A DNA stretch of 64,000 bases from Bugula neritina (taxonomy: Eukaryota > Animalia > Bryozoa): assembly GCA_964035545.1 (NCBI GenBank), contig OZ037766.1:4764722-4828721 (forward strand), written 5' to 3'. The translations under genes were made by a program, and so were the position numbers. This document shows, piece by piece, positions 1-14,000 of the stretch (position 1 is the first letter of the stretch; each line of letters opens with the position of its first letter). The notes beneath the pieces were generated by a model, which saw only the letters and a list, made by a program, of their open reading frames with translations, did no database searches and was not told the origin of the DNA.

Positions 1-119
1 TGTGTTTAGCTCAAGTCAAACATAAAAAATCTTTAAAAAATATGATTAATACATTGTATAATATAATACAGGCTTGGATAATAGCAGGTCTGAAAAAATG
101 ATAGAAACTCTATGAATAG

Positions 120-3100
120 CTAAGCGTTGCACCGAATCATAACCTTGATTGCACCTGAATCTGGCGAGTAGGCACACTGGAAGGCCTCCTCAGACTCCTT
201 AAGAATAAACTGGTGAGATATAAGGACCTCAGGCTTTATTTTTCCGGAGCTCACCATTGCTATAGCCTTAGGGTAACTAAAATATGAGACATTATAGGTT
301 GTAAAAACAATAGTCTTGTACAAAATCTTTATATTGATAAGGAACTTGCTTAGCTTAGAATACAATTTTCTTTCAATTATATTCAATAAGTGAATGTCTA
401 TCATCCAGTGAGTTGTCTATTTAGTAAGTGACATTTAGATCAATAATTTTAGCAAAAAGCCAGTAAAACGATCACCATAATTATTAAAAAATTTGCTATA
501 GTGTAATTTCATATGAAGTTTAATTCAAATATAGAAATATTAGGTAAACATTAACTTGGAACAAGGCGATTTATTCAAATTAAATGCTTGGAGTCAACAC
601 ACTATTTGATAATTGAGGGCAGATAACTTCAAATACAGTTGAGTATTTTACTACAACGACTTAACTTACATACTGTCTTAGAGTGTAAATAATAGAATTT
701 TTTGACAAGATTTAAATTATCACTCTACTTATCGTACTGTATATACTACTTGCTACTAAACATTGAACTAGTTATATAAGACAAACTGGCTGAGTAACTA
801 TAACCTAACACATACATATAGAAACTTTAAACAGTCATTCATAACCTCTATTGCACCAAATACGAAGCAACTGTAAAAGTTATGTTATTCATGGTAAAAA
901 ATATCAGCATAAAATGAATAAAAACTATATTTAAAATCAAGTTTCAAGCAGGATAGAGGACACAAGACGTCTTACCAATTGGCGTATCTAAAAACACCTC
1001 TGATGTCAATCTCAAAAGTAGCAGCATCGACCAATGGAACAGAAGGTTCTTTACTTCCTCTACCTACCAGCACCACACTTCCTCCAGGTCTGGTAGACTA
1101 CAAGCATATATTGAGTTAGAGTCATATGTGTATGTTATTAGGTAGTGTACAACACTTGCAGTGCTACGATATACTGTATCTTTAAATAATTCATTACAAA
1201 GAGACTATTTTTGAGGTCAAAAGAAAAATAACTATAATTCAATATTTATCATTGAAGTAAAAATCATTCAACCAATCTAAAAATAATGAAGAGTTGTCAC
1301 TCCTATAAAAATAAGTTTCAATTTATTTGTAAACTTTAGTAGTATAAAAACAGCTATTTTATTTTCAAATTTCAAATTTATCCAATTGATTTAATTAAAT
1401 AAATATATTGTTAATCCGGTTAAAAAAATTAACTTCTCAACATAGAGAAAAATTAGCTCAGTTCTATTTCTAGCAAAAGGCTATATCATCGAATTTAGAA
1501 CAAACTAAGAATAGTTGAGTGAATACAAGATTAACTCATAAGGTTATTTAGAAAAATCAAAAGGATAATTTGGCAATGGGAAGTGCAACACATATAACAT
1601 AGAGGATGAATACCCTCCCACTACCCGAACAGGACAGAGTAGAGATTAGGTTAGGTTAGGACTACATACGTGAATACCAAGCGAGACTGAGCTATCGGCA
1701 CCACTACACTCTATAGTAGCGTCAACACGGAGGCAAACCGCTTTGATTTCTTTCCCACAATCCTCCATACTTGATGATCTGTCCTTCATGTTCATGACAT
1801 GGTCACACCCAAGCGTCTTAGCGAGTGCGAGCCTGTTCTCTGATATATCTATTAGCGCATGTGTTATAAATTTACAACATGAAGTTGTCACAACATCTTT
1901 TAAATGGTTACTAGAAGTTGAAGTTGGAAAAAGCTTTATGAACAAGTCGCTGAAGGTAACAAGTATTTGAGCAGCTATAAGCAACAAAAACTTCAAACAG
2001 AATTATAAACTTTCTAAAAAATCTACAAATTAAACTGTGATTATACTAAATTCCACATACCATGCAAAGTAAACTGTCAAATAGTATTTTAGGTAGAAAA
2101 CAATCAGATGCAGGCAATATATGTGAATAACTTTTTTAAATATTACAAAATCACACAAGTTGTGCATTGTTTTTGATGGGAGTTTTATTTTGTTTTAGAA
2201 AAGTTATAATATACCTGTCATAACAACTTTATCTGCACCCATTGCTTTGGCTGTCATTAACACCAGTAATCCAACTGGACCTACAACAGGGAGAAAACAG
2301 CCATTTATATGGTCAGCTATCCAATAAAGAAAATATATACACACAACAAATAGTTATTTGTGCAAAAGGAACATACCATGCAACACAATTACTTATTACA
2401 GACATGTATAAAGCTAGCCGAAGTTCTTACCTGCCCCACAGATGAGAACATTGGACCCCAGGCCAACGTCCCCTCTCTGACATGCGTACACAGCTACAGC
2501 AAGAGGCTCCATCAGTGCTCCCTGGTCTAATGTCACATTATCTGGTAGCCTAGATTTAACATGTAGACACAAATTATCATCAACTAACACACACTCTGAA
2601 ATACACTCTTAGATATAATTTATTTGTCACATAAGTAAGTAATTTCAATGTGAGAACTTAGTCTACATTTAGCATATGATGAAACCTAGTCTGTGAGAAG
2701 ATAACTCCGACCACCAGTCTCCCAGTTCCTTACAACACAAGAATTATTACCTGCGACCTAAGAGAAAAGATTTCATGAAAGCAAACATGGCAGCTAATCA
2801 ACTCTCACTTGAAACAGAAGTCCTCTGGATGAGTAAAATACTGAGACAAGTTTCCATCTACTGGAGGTGTAGCGCAGAACTTCATGTCACCACAGAGGTT
2901 GTACCGACCAGCGTGACATATATAGCACTGTCTGCACGGTACGCCAGGTTCTATGGCTACTCTATCACCTGCAGAGACGATTTATAGCGACAATGTTAAG
3001 TATTTATTTGATACACACACCTAGAATGATTTGATAACAAGGTAATTCCATGCTATATCAGCTTGTACACTCTATTTGTCACTTTATACCTATTTGATCC

Positions 3101-4774
3101 CATCGTAGTGAACATAACTTTCAATCATAATTTCACAGTAACTGAGTTTAACTTTTAATTTTCATGTAACATACAGTTTTTGTTGCTGATTAAAAGGTAA
3201 GACAACTCCTATATAATAATTCAACGCTTGTAATTAATTTGATTAAAATAATACAACATGTTGAAATCTCATGATTATGCTTAGTAATTATCTTTGATGA
3301 ACTGTTTTGCTTGCTGGGTACCTGAAGAAGCGCCCGGTTTTCAACCGTAAACAAAACTAGCCAAAGCCATAACATTTTACATAAAAAAGCTCCACTACTC
3401 AGATGAAGCAAATGTTTAAAACCACAGAGGAGTTAATTTTAAATGTTTCTGCCACACTTATATGAAAAAAGTTAGTTACAGAAAGATCCTTAAGTAGAAA
3501 GTGCAGCCAACTCCTTACACCCTTCAAATGTCAACAAAACCCAATCAGCATAGAGTTGTCGGCCCCACTGCATAATCACAGGATAAAAACAATGTAACGC
3601 TTTTTACAAAAACTGTTATTTCACTTTGAGAACAAAAATTTACTTGTGTACTTACTAGTTACAATTAGCTTATTGAGTGATGATGTCATAACACTCACCT
3701 GGTTTAAGATGTTTAACATCTGGACCACACTTTAGCACTGTTCCACTTCCCTCATGTCCTATCACCATAGGGGAGCTCATGGTGAATCGCCCACACTTTG
3801 CATATTTCCAGTATTTAAGATCTGAGCCACATATACCTACTGATCCCATCTTAAGTAACACATCTAAAACAATATAAATCATAACTAACACATTTAGAGT
3901 ATTATTCTATATAGCAAATATATTAGCAAGTTAGATGAAACAGAAATGCATAGAAAGAACATTAAGCAACATTATATCTCTACACACACACTCACAAACC
4001 CCCCCCCCTGCGCGAACGCATGCACACACACATATATATCTTAAATAAAAATTAATGCTAAGCTATTACATGACATTTTTTAATCCAAAATATTCACAAA
4101 ATGCAAGCAAATCGTTAGTGAAGAAAACAGCCACATGTAATAGAACAAATTTCTGTATCTTGCATACATTCTAAAGCGCAAAATGTGTTATGACGAAAAC
4201 CATTGTAAATATAAGTAAACTACCTGAACAATTCTAAGGGTAAAAAGAGCTGAGTATTTAATTAAAAGCAACATTTTGATTTATAAAACATTTTTTATTT
4301 AAACATATTTTGACCAAAATGATCATAAAAAATAGTATTGTTGTTAAATTTAAGTCATAAATAATAAAATAATAAATTGTAAAATTTTTTCAACAAGGAA
4401 AAATCATCGATATAGAGATTTCCTATACACTTCAATCTGAATATATATTACCATTTCCAGAAGGGTCCGTCTGTTCTCTTGTATCCTGTAGGTATAAATA
4501 GAATCACTTGAATGCTGAGAGAGCAGGAAGCACATATAAGGACATTGAACTCTTGAACTAAGCTGTGCAAAATTATGAAAGCAACTCTATAAAGAAAACT
4601 ATGAGCTATGAAAGTAAAATGACAGATTATATCTATTAACAGCAACAAAAAAAAAGGACAGAGTATGTACCCAGCTACTGACAATACTTAGCACTATAGT
4701 AAGGGGGTAATGCATACCACCCGCATGTCCTCCGCACCATGCAAAACAACGCACAGATTCTCAGAGGTACTCAT
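120..4774 (-). CDS. SORD: Sorbitol dehydrogenase (zinc-dependent MDR family), multi-exon
   Basis: Spliced exons read [19 protein letters not shown] (ATG 4774) / [11 protein letters not shown] / [20 protein letters not shown] / [35 protein letters not shown] / [38 protein letters not shown] / ..IECSGA / VLVGRG..GVFRYAN / [30 protein letters not shown] boundaries seen. Span includes introns. Confidence 0.93.
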
Positions 4775-7233
4775 GATATATGGTGGCAGTCTTGACTCAC
4801 TAAAATTTTCAACAAAAAAGATTATTAGTTGTACAGTAACTTGAGCTTTTTGGGTACAGTGTCTAGCAGCCGGGCTCTTTCATGTATAAAATGTAGTAAC
4901 TCAATCATACTGGCAATGCTTTGTATAAGAATTAGAATATATTTCAAAGAGCTTCGGTTTTTACCTTTGACCTTTAAAGTGCTGGGGAAATATCATTATT
5001 AAAAAATTGTAATGCATTTCAGGCAATATCTTTACATAACCTGCTAAAGTTCCACTAGTAAAATAACAGATGAAAAAAGTAAATTGACAGGCTGAAATTT
5101 TCTTGTTGTTTTCCGTGAACAAGTTTATGATTTAGGAATGAGAAAATAATCTTTTTTTTACAAGCAGCATTTCAGTCACACACTTGATTTGATAAACTTG
5201 CAGGCTTTAATCTTTCTTACGTTAGAGGGAATTGTCTGCTGACGGCAGAAAATTCCCTCCAATCAGAGGTTTGTCTGTTATTAATCTGTCTAGTCAGAAC
5301 CTCAACTAAACAGAAAATCCAATAATACTCCTTGGTAACTAATAAAATTGCTGATAAACTATTGTATTTGTTAGTATTACAAAGAAAACTCAGTAATAAT
5401 AATAATAAATTACCTCCACTACTTTAACTTTGTACTACTCCTAAGTATGACTGCTTCTGCGCACTGCAGATATTAAGCCATGTACTACTCCTATGAGTAT
5501 ATATCAGTATGAACTTATAAAATTACTCTCAAAGGTTACAGTCTTAAAGTTACTGTTAGACTAAAGGCAAACTAAAAAACTAGCACTTAGTAAGTTAGCA
5601 CTGTTAGCAGTAATCGAAATTCAACCTGCAAGACTAAAAGTAAGTGCATACTGCAAAGGCTAACAATAACATTAAATCTAATAGTAATAAAAATATAAAA
5701 TTAAATATTTATATAGAAAGCTTTTTAATATTTCAACAACTTGAACTACCCTTGCTGAGCTATTACTATTACATTAGTGTTACTATTACTAATTAGTATT
5801 ACTATTAGACTTAGTGTTACTATAACTATTACTATTACTATTAGTATTACTATTACTATTAGTATTACTATTAGTATAAGTATAAGTATTTCTATGGCTA
5901 CAGTTATAAGTTAATGTTATAGCCATAGTTGTATTACAACTAAATTTACTGAGACGGTTTTTACAGAGTTTTAAGCATGTAATTATGAGTACAACAGTTA
6001 ATCATAATGCTGTAACAACAATTTAGCTAAAAATAAAACCACTGTCATTACCAGTATCATAATCATAATGATTATGGCATCAACTTTAAATTAAATGCAG
6101 GTTTGCACAAAAAATCGTTTAATGCAGCACAAAGTTTGGGATCATTGAGTGAAGTGGATCGGGGAGGGACGGGCCTCTCCAGTTTGAGGCTAAGGGTTTT
6201 GAGTTTAGGCAAACACTGCACTCAGTGACCATAGATTTTGTGCTGCATCTGGTGACCCTCGTTTTGCATGCTTTCCATGACTTTCGTTTAATAACCTAAG
6301 TACCGTTTGACACTGAAGGGATCCGCTAGTACCTCGATAATTGTAATTCAGCACTTTGGGTAACACGCAACAAATTATTAATGTCAAGAATAAGTTAGAA
6401 TTATCACTTGAATTCACTACTTTTCTGGTTTGTACTTGTGGGTTTGATAATTTCATAGTATTAGTAATTACAAATCAGCATTTATTTCAATTATTATTAT
6501 ACACCTGCATACATTAGTAATCACTTAGCTAAGCTAATATTTACAAAATTTTGTAATTGAGTTTTCTTAAATATATACCAATAGGCAATAAGTCAATAAG
6601 TATAACTAAGCAATGGGTAGTACTAGGTCTAGTAGTAGTAGATCTCACTCACAATCACTGCATTTAATCTGTGACTGTGAGTGTCAAACTCACTCTCAGT
6701 GTGAGTGTGAGTAGTAGTATGAGTATCACTATCAGTAGGGCATTAAATCTGATACGCACTTTAAGTAATTACTCATGAGTCATGACTCATGTAGTCATAG
6801 TGATACTGGTAGTGATAGTGATAGTCATTGTGATTGTCATTATAATTATGATATTCAAATGGAATATGATTGTCGTTATTGAATATTTTATTTAATCCAT
6901 TGAAATTGTGAGTGAGCCACTGTGTCTGGTATTATTCTAGAAGTAGATATCAATTTCAATATCTACAAACGCCACAGAGCTGGGCAAACACGAACAACTT
7001 TAGCACTGCCTTTTGAAGACAACAAATAAAATGAACATTATTTTGAAGTACTACTATAATTAGTAATCAATCATTATTTGTTTTCTGTAACTCAGGATTT
7101 AAGGACACTATTTTCCTTAAAAAAACATCCACATTCAACTGTAACAATTTAATTTTTAGGTGCACACAATTGCATGTTTTTTAAGACAAGCTATTTGAAA
7201 ATACATTTTTGTAGCCTGATACCTGCAATCGAC

Positions 7234-10200
7234 ATGGATATTGAAGTTGATCATGAATTTTGGACGTCATTGAAGCTGATATCCGCTCGCCCAGAAGAGG
7301 AAAATGCATTTGGTACAACGTTGCACTCTTACTCAAGAGAGAAAACAGAGCTCAAAGATGATACTAAAGTAGTGGCTAAATGTAAAGTGACTGAAGCTAG
7401 GTGCTTACCAATTACTACTATAATATCAAGAATTCAGGCGGAAGATAGTGGATCAGACAGTGACTATGAAACTGTTGATAGTAGCCACCATCCCCCACCT
7501 TCACATACTGGTGGCAAGTGGAAGCCAACAAATATATCATTTGATGAGTATGTTCTTTTTAACATATACATACACTATGCATGTATTGTAATACTGTTCA
7601 ATCAGCTTAAAATAAATGAACACAGCTAAATAAGTAGTAGACATTGGTAAGTATATCAAATGTTTTAGTGGGTAATTTTATCTAATTTGGATGTAATAAC
7701 TTCAGAACTAACACATTGATAACAGTCACTCTGAGAAGTGGGTGATTGCGATTTGTCATGCTATTTGTATGTAAAGTACGTTGTAATGCTAATAATAATG
7801 GTGTCCCATAACTAATCAACATCTAACTATATAATGCTGTGTGTAATCAATAAGCTAATAATGATGTTTGATTTTAACATGTCAACTTATAATGTGCATC
7901 AAATTAAAAAATTTTTCTATGTTTTGTTGCGATAAGTTCATTTGATTTGTTTATTTCTTCAGTGTGAATTGGGATAATGTCTAATCTATATGTTATAGCT
8001 CAAATATTTCTCCAAGAAAGTCGTCATCACTAGATGTATTACCAAGCTCTGATTGGACCAACTCGAAAATAGAAGAAACTGGTGCTTCAGACCAGTTTTG
8101 TGGCGTTTGCTCTTTACGTTTCACCAAAGTTGAAAACCTGGTCATACATCTAACATCTAAGAAGCACCGCAGTAATATAACTCTAGAGAATAAACATTTG
8201 GCTGCGCAACTGTACACTCGGCATCATTCTGATTTGCTGAAAAGAGCAGCGTTTCAGTGCTGCTGCTGTACATTTGCTGCGGTAGAACACACAGAGCTCG
8301 TCACACATCTTAAGTCTCAGTTACACAAGCAGACAATAAGTAAATTGTCTGGTCCCATGGAGTGTGTATCTTGTGGCTTTCTTGACTACACTGGCACAAA
8401 CATGTTGATACATTGTATGAGCCGCGAACATATGGCGAAAATCTCAAACAAGTCGGTTGTTATTAAAGAAAAGAGATCGCAAATTAAATGTTTTGAGTGT
8501 CCAAAAGTGTTGCATTCAACCGTGCAGTACGCTCGCCATGTTAAATATCAACACTCGAGGGTTGTTGACCGGAATGCTAAGGTGAAGCGTTGTAACTTCT
8601 GCAGTTTTCAGGGAAAGCCGTCTGCAGTTCATCAACACATAACACGAAGTCATTCGAAGGAGAGATCATATTTATGTAAGGTTTGTCAAACAGGTTATCA
8701 TTCGAAATACGATCTAGTCAAGCATTACTCTACAAAGAAGCACCTTGAGTCACTGCTGGACAGTTACAGAGGTGTACTGACTGTAAAAAGTGGAGACAGT
8801 TGTGTCCATGATTCAAGTGTTGTGTTGAAAAACACTAAAGCCTGTAAGTTCTGTGCATTCATTACACCTGAGCTAAAGCTTTTACAGGATCATTATACCA
8901 AAGAACATCGTAATGAGCAAGCAGACGAGAGTCTTTTACCACTCCCATCACACAAGACACCCATTTTCTGCAGATATTGTTGCAAGCAATTTGCTGATAA
9001 GAGTCAATCATTCTCCCACGAGGTCAGCCATATCCAGGTGAGACCACATCTAGCTGCAATGCAATCAGGTCATTTACACTCACTTTAGGCCTATAAACAT
9101 ATGAAGTTCACTTAAGGTTTTGTAAATATCACGTCTTGAAGTTCTTAAAGTATATTGTAACATATTTCTAATAATAATATAATTTTTTTCATTTTATAGA
9201 GTGGTTACTTCAAGCTGCATTTAGTTTTTTTCTATTTATAGAACCACCTTCAATCAACATCTGAAGATATTATCTCCACGTGTTTCATATGCTATGCTGA
9301 GGGAAACGCGTCACTAATAGAACACCTGTCTCTTCATAACCCATATGCAAAGGTAAGCTTCAATCCATTAATTTCGGTAAACTATTATATTTTTTGTTTT
9401 AGGTACTTTTCGGTGATGACTTTATTTGACATCATTTTTTCATGATGCTATCAGCATGTCAGCTATATGTGTGCAGTGGTTTGTTGCTGTTGGATAGGAC
9501 AAAAAATCTTCAGTGGAAGAAGAAAATCAAACTTCGACGATGACTGCGAATAGCAAGAGGAATAAATCCCGATATCCGTGCACTGTTGAGGGGTGCGCAA
9601 GGAGCTACAAGACCAAAGGAGATTTGAATATTCATCTGGCTAGTCACTCAGGTATACCCGCTGATTCCATATTTTACTGCGTCATAGGCCAGGTCTTCTA
9701 TCCTATATTTTTAAACTGAAAGTAGTAGAGGGTTCATCAAATTCTTCATTACTCACTTCAGCTTTTAGATATTTGTATTAGCCAAATATCTCACTATCCT
9801 AGTTGTAATGTCGAGTAGCTCAAGCTAATGAAATAATTGTAGACACCAGTTTACAAAATATAATATAAAATCGATTAGTATTGCAATTTTGACATTGTGT
9901 GTACCGATTGCTCAGTTTTGATCGTAATTATGATAAAATCCGCATGTTGGTTTTGAGGCTGTCCACCAAATTTTAGCTACCTGTAACTCTAGGTAACAAG
10001 GAGTTTCCCTGTCCGCAGTGTGAGAAGAGGTTTCCAACGAAGAAGCAGTTGTCTGCACATACGCTCACCCACAATAGTCACACTCCGTACAGTTGTGAAT
10101 ATTGTAACTACAAGTGTAAGACACGCTGCCACTTGCAGAGACACATGAGGATACACGCCGGCAGCAAGCCCTACTCTTGTCCCTATTGTCAATACTCTTC

Positions 10201-10435
10201 GACTACTATAGGGAATTTGAGAAAGCATGTGATTGGTTCTAAGAAACACAAGGGTCTGCCCATGTATGAATGTTCAACTATTGATTGCAACTTTGTGAGC
10301 GACACTTTAAACTCGCTCTCCCAACATTTGTCTCAAGTGCATAATATTCATGATAAGAAATTGATGACCAAATCTACAGAAAATGATTGGACGGAAATAA
10401 TAGAGGGTCATCCAATAATACAAGCTCAACACTGA
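7234..10435 (+). CDS. Multi-zinc-finger protein: matrin/U1-type C2H2 fingers followed by classical tandem C2H2 fingers (ZNF407-like architecture)
   Basis: The exon from ATG 7234 to the donor at about 7547 joins in frame to the acceptor at 7998 and to ORF 8198-9088 (HLTSKKH, HLKSQLH, HCMSREH, HYSTKKH fingers). Later exons contain YPCTVEGCARSY..HLASH and YSCEYC..HMRIHAGSKPYSCPYC. Span includes introns. Confidence 0.85.
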
Positions 10436-11041
10436 TACCAGTGAATTATTTATGTTAGCTAGATGAATGTGCAATTTTGGTTTTATACACTTTTTTGAAA
10501 AACAGCAATAAAGCAATCAGTAGTCAGTCAGCAATGAGATTATTTTATAGCTAATATAAATTATTTCTTCATAAAACAATGTAATTCAATAAAATGTTGA
10601 AATTATTCAATCATATATAAATAATTTTATAGGAAATGTAATCTTGACAAAACGTTCACATAAAATAGCTGTCTACATCTCATGATGTTTGTCGAACAAC
10701 ATTTATTACTGATTAGTTCAACTGTTAAGGTGTTGAGTAGACATACATATGTATAGTATAGAAAATGAGCTGTGAAGTGGCATCACGTATTAGGTTACAG
10801 CCATATTGAGACCATTGTCGCCTTGTTATTAGCATTTGTCTCAAGAAATTTCCAATGTGATATTCCTATAACCATGGGATCTGAAAGGACAACTCCAATA
10901 TGATTGGATAGCAGCTGTTTCACCCTGATGGTCAACGTAGACTAAGGCCCATACATCTTGTCTGACTTCAGTAGCCAGTAATCAACACTTGCAGTACTAG
11001 ACATGCACTATCTGAGAACTGAGTCTACAAGTACTATACTA

Positions 11042-14000
11042 TCAGGTGCCTTGAGAGCACTCGCTGTCTATATCTTCTGCGCTGTCGGTCACTGAACTAT
11101 CAGCAGTTGTAGCATCACTGCTGCTGGCGTCCAAATCTTCCGGATTCCAGCCAGTTATAGGGAGTCTAGTGCCCAACACACTCCGCTTTGCCAGTCGTAC
11201 CAGGTTACTGCAAACAGCGACGTAATGTGTATATGGAGTTATTGTCTATTGGTGTGTTGGGTTTGTATATTATTATGAGACAGTATATCATATAATATTG
11301 AAATAAAATGGCATACAGTAATCGCACAGTTGCAAGGTTAATTAATTGACAATTATAAAAAACAGTAGCCGCATTCTGGAAACTCAATGTTTGCAGATAG
11401 TAGCTTAACTGCCTTCAGTGTAGTTCTTAAATAGTGCAAGGCATGTATAAATTACCAGGCGATTAAATCACTAAATCTCACCCCACATTCTGCGATTGAG
11501 TAAATACAGCTCGGCCAACACGGCCATCAGGGAAGCACAGTTGACATTGCGCACTGGATTTCTGTTTGTTTGCGTTGCTAAGGCAACGAGGAGCTCGAGG
11601 TTCATCAGCCAACTTCCCTTTCTTCAACACCACATAGCAGTACCTGTCATGCAATAAACCAAGAAGTTACCAAATAGCCAATTAATTCTTCTGAACAGAC
11701 ATATTTTCAGCTCAAGAATATTACTCCATTTTCAACTTGAAAATGTTCATTAATAACATGCCATACATTTATTTAGCACCAACTAGCCAAATACAAAATA
11801 AAATTAACTTAAAATACACACAGATAACAAAAGTTTTCTCAATGAGGTAAAGCCCAAATGTTTTGTCAACAAAAGTATGACAATTCCTTATTTTAGACCG
11901 AGAGATGATAATTCCTTATTTGCAAGCTATTATAGACACTCACCTTACACTTGTACCTTTCTTGGAACGTTGCTTCGGTTCCTTTTTAGATTCCTAAACA
12001 ACAAGTCAGCCATGCTAGTTATTGTACAGTAAACTACTAAAATGTACATTAACAACCTAATCAAACTTGAGTCCCATTTTTTACAGCAATTTTTTTTGCA
12101 AATTTAACAAATTTCACAAAATGTCTCATAGCTACATAAACTCTTCAAGCTTAGAAGAAAATCGTTCAAAGATTAGAAAATATACACATGAAACAGAAGT
12201 ACCAGCTTACACTTTCGAGAAAGACCTTCTTCTTATGCACTTGAGACGGTCCAACTTTATACGTGACCTCAAAGCTACAAGCCTTTGATCTCTCCGAGAC
12301 TAGAGGGCAGGGTTTCTCATGGGGACACTAGTGATATCATATTATATAAAAACAGCTCAAAGTATAACTAAGACAATATAGATACAGCTTTAACAGAACT
12401 AAGGCATAGAAATTAATCAGTACGAAACCTCAGGTTGGTACATTTACACAAGTATCAGTAGCATCCCCTTCCTTTAGACACATAAGTACGAGACAAGAGG
12501 GTTATACTAACTGGATGAACAGTGTAATCATACTTACCGGTGCAAAGACATGTCCTGAGTGTTTACTGCTTTTGTATGTCTGAAAATATCAATACACTTC
12601 ATTTAAATTTAAAATGTATTCTTCAATTATAATTTACTTTAACTGTTCTTAGTTTTTAAATAAATTGTTTTGTATTTATAAAGATGCTATAATAACTAAT
12701 AGTGATTAATCAAGAACATGACAATGTTCAAGATAAGAACTCATGCAAGTTTATAGTCGCCATTTCTGTGAGAAACAATGAAGATAAGCAAAAGCCTACA
12801 CAGTGACATGTCATTCAATGAAACTAAATCAAGTTACATTCGAATTTTGAATCAAACAGCTAAGTTGAGTTACACATTGATCTAAATTAATTATATTGAT
12901 CAACAGTAGCTATTGTGATGTACCAACATTTAGTATGTGGAGTCGTGCTTCCTCAATGAGACTATGACCATACGGTGTGCCAATCTCTACAAGTATAAGG
13001 TAGTCCTTAGTCTGAGTCCAAAGTTTATCTATATGCTGTAGTCGGGTCTTTTTGGTGGGCAGTTCGAGTAGCGTGTGACCAGACAGTACCAAATCAAACC
13101 TCAGCTGTAAGCATCGTCGATAGAATCATGTATCACCACGCCATGATGCACAGCAATACGTAAACGACATGAATAGCGCAGTTTAAAGCTACTCTTGAAA
13201 GTCCCAAGAAAGCAGAATTACTTGTAAAATACCTAAGCTGACACTTAGTAATGTCATAAAACGTAATGCCAACAGCATTTATACACTACATTACAATACA
13301 TATCATCACTAAGCCTTAGATCTATCAGATACTTCTTCTCTACTTGACAAACATAAGCAATTTCAAAAGGAACAATTAGATTTTAGCCTAATAATGTATA
13401 TGACACACTTAAACTCTGGAAATACACTTACACCCTTCTTAGAGTACTCTTTATCCAACTGCTGCCTGAAGTATACGCCAGGAAATACCATGTCGGCATC
13501 AGCCTTTCCTTCTACAATTTACAGTCACAGCTAGACAATATCCATAGCCTGAGAGATCTGATACAATGGGGTACGTTAGGGGACTGCCCATACATACCTT
13601 GTAAAAGGAGTCGGGCTAATGTGCAAACATCAACTGAATGGTCCCAGCAATAGTGTTCATTCACTGATGTCCAAATCTCGTTTATTGCCCTGCAGAGAAC
13701 ATTGTATGTATAGAACACAGAACCAACAGGGTATTATATATAGTCTATATATACTATACTATATAGTATATATACTATGATATACTATATATACTATGAT
13801 TTCCTATGCATACCGGATATAAAGCTATACATACATGGACTATATAGGGTAATACACTATATAGTCCATGTAGTCAAAGTAGAGCATGTAGATTCCCATC
13901 TTAAGTAGCAGAAACTACAGACTTGAAAAGTAAAATTTCTCATCGAATGCAACAAGCATGAATGTTTTAAACGTGCAGCTTTAAATCAAAGCAAATCACA

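Noticed and set aside
11590-11630. Apparent frameshift in a METTL17 exon
   Set aside because: On careful re-reading the frame is intact (VLKKGKLADEPRAPRC).
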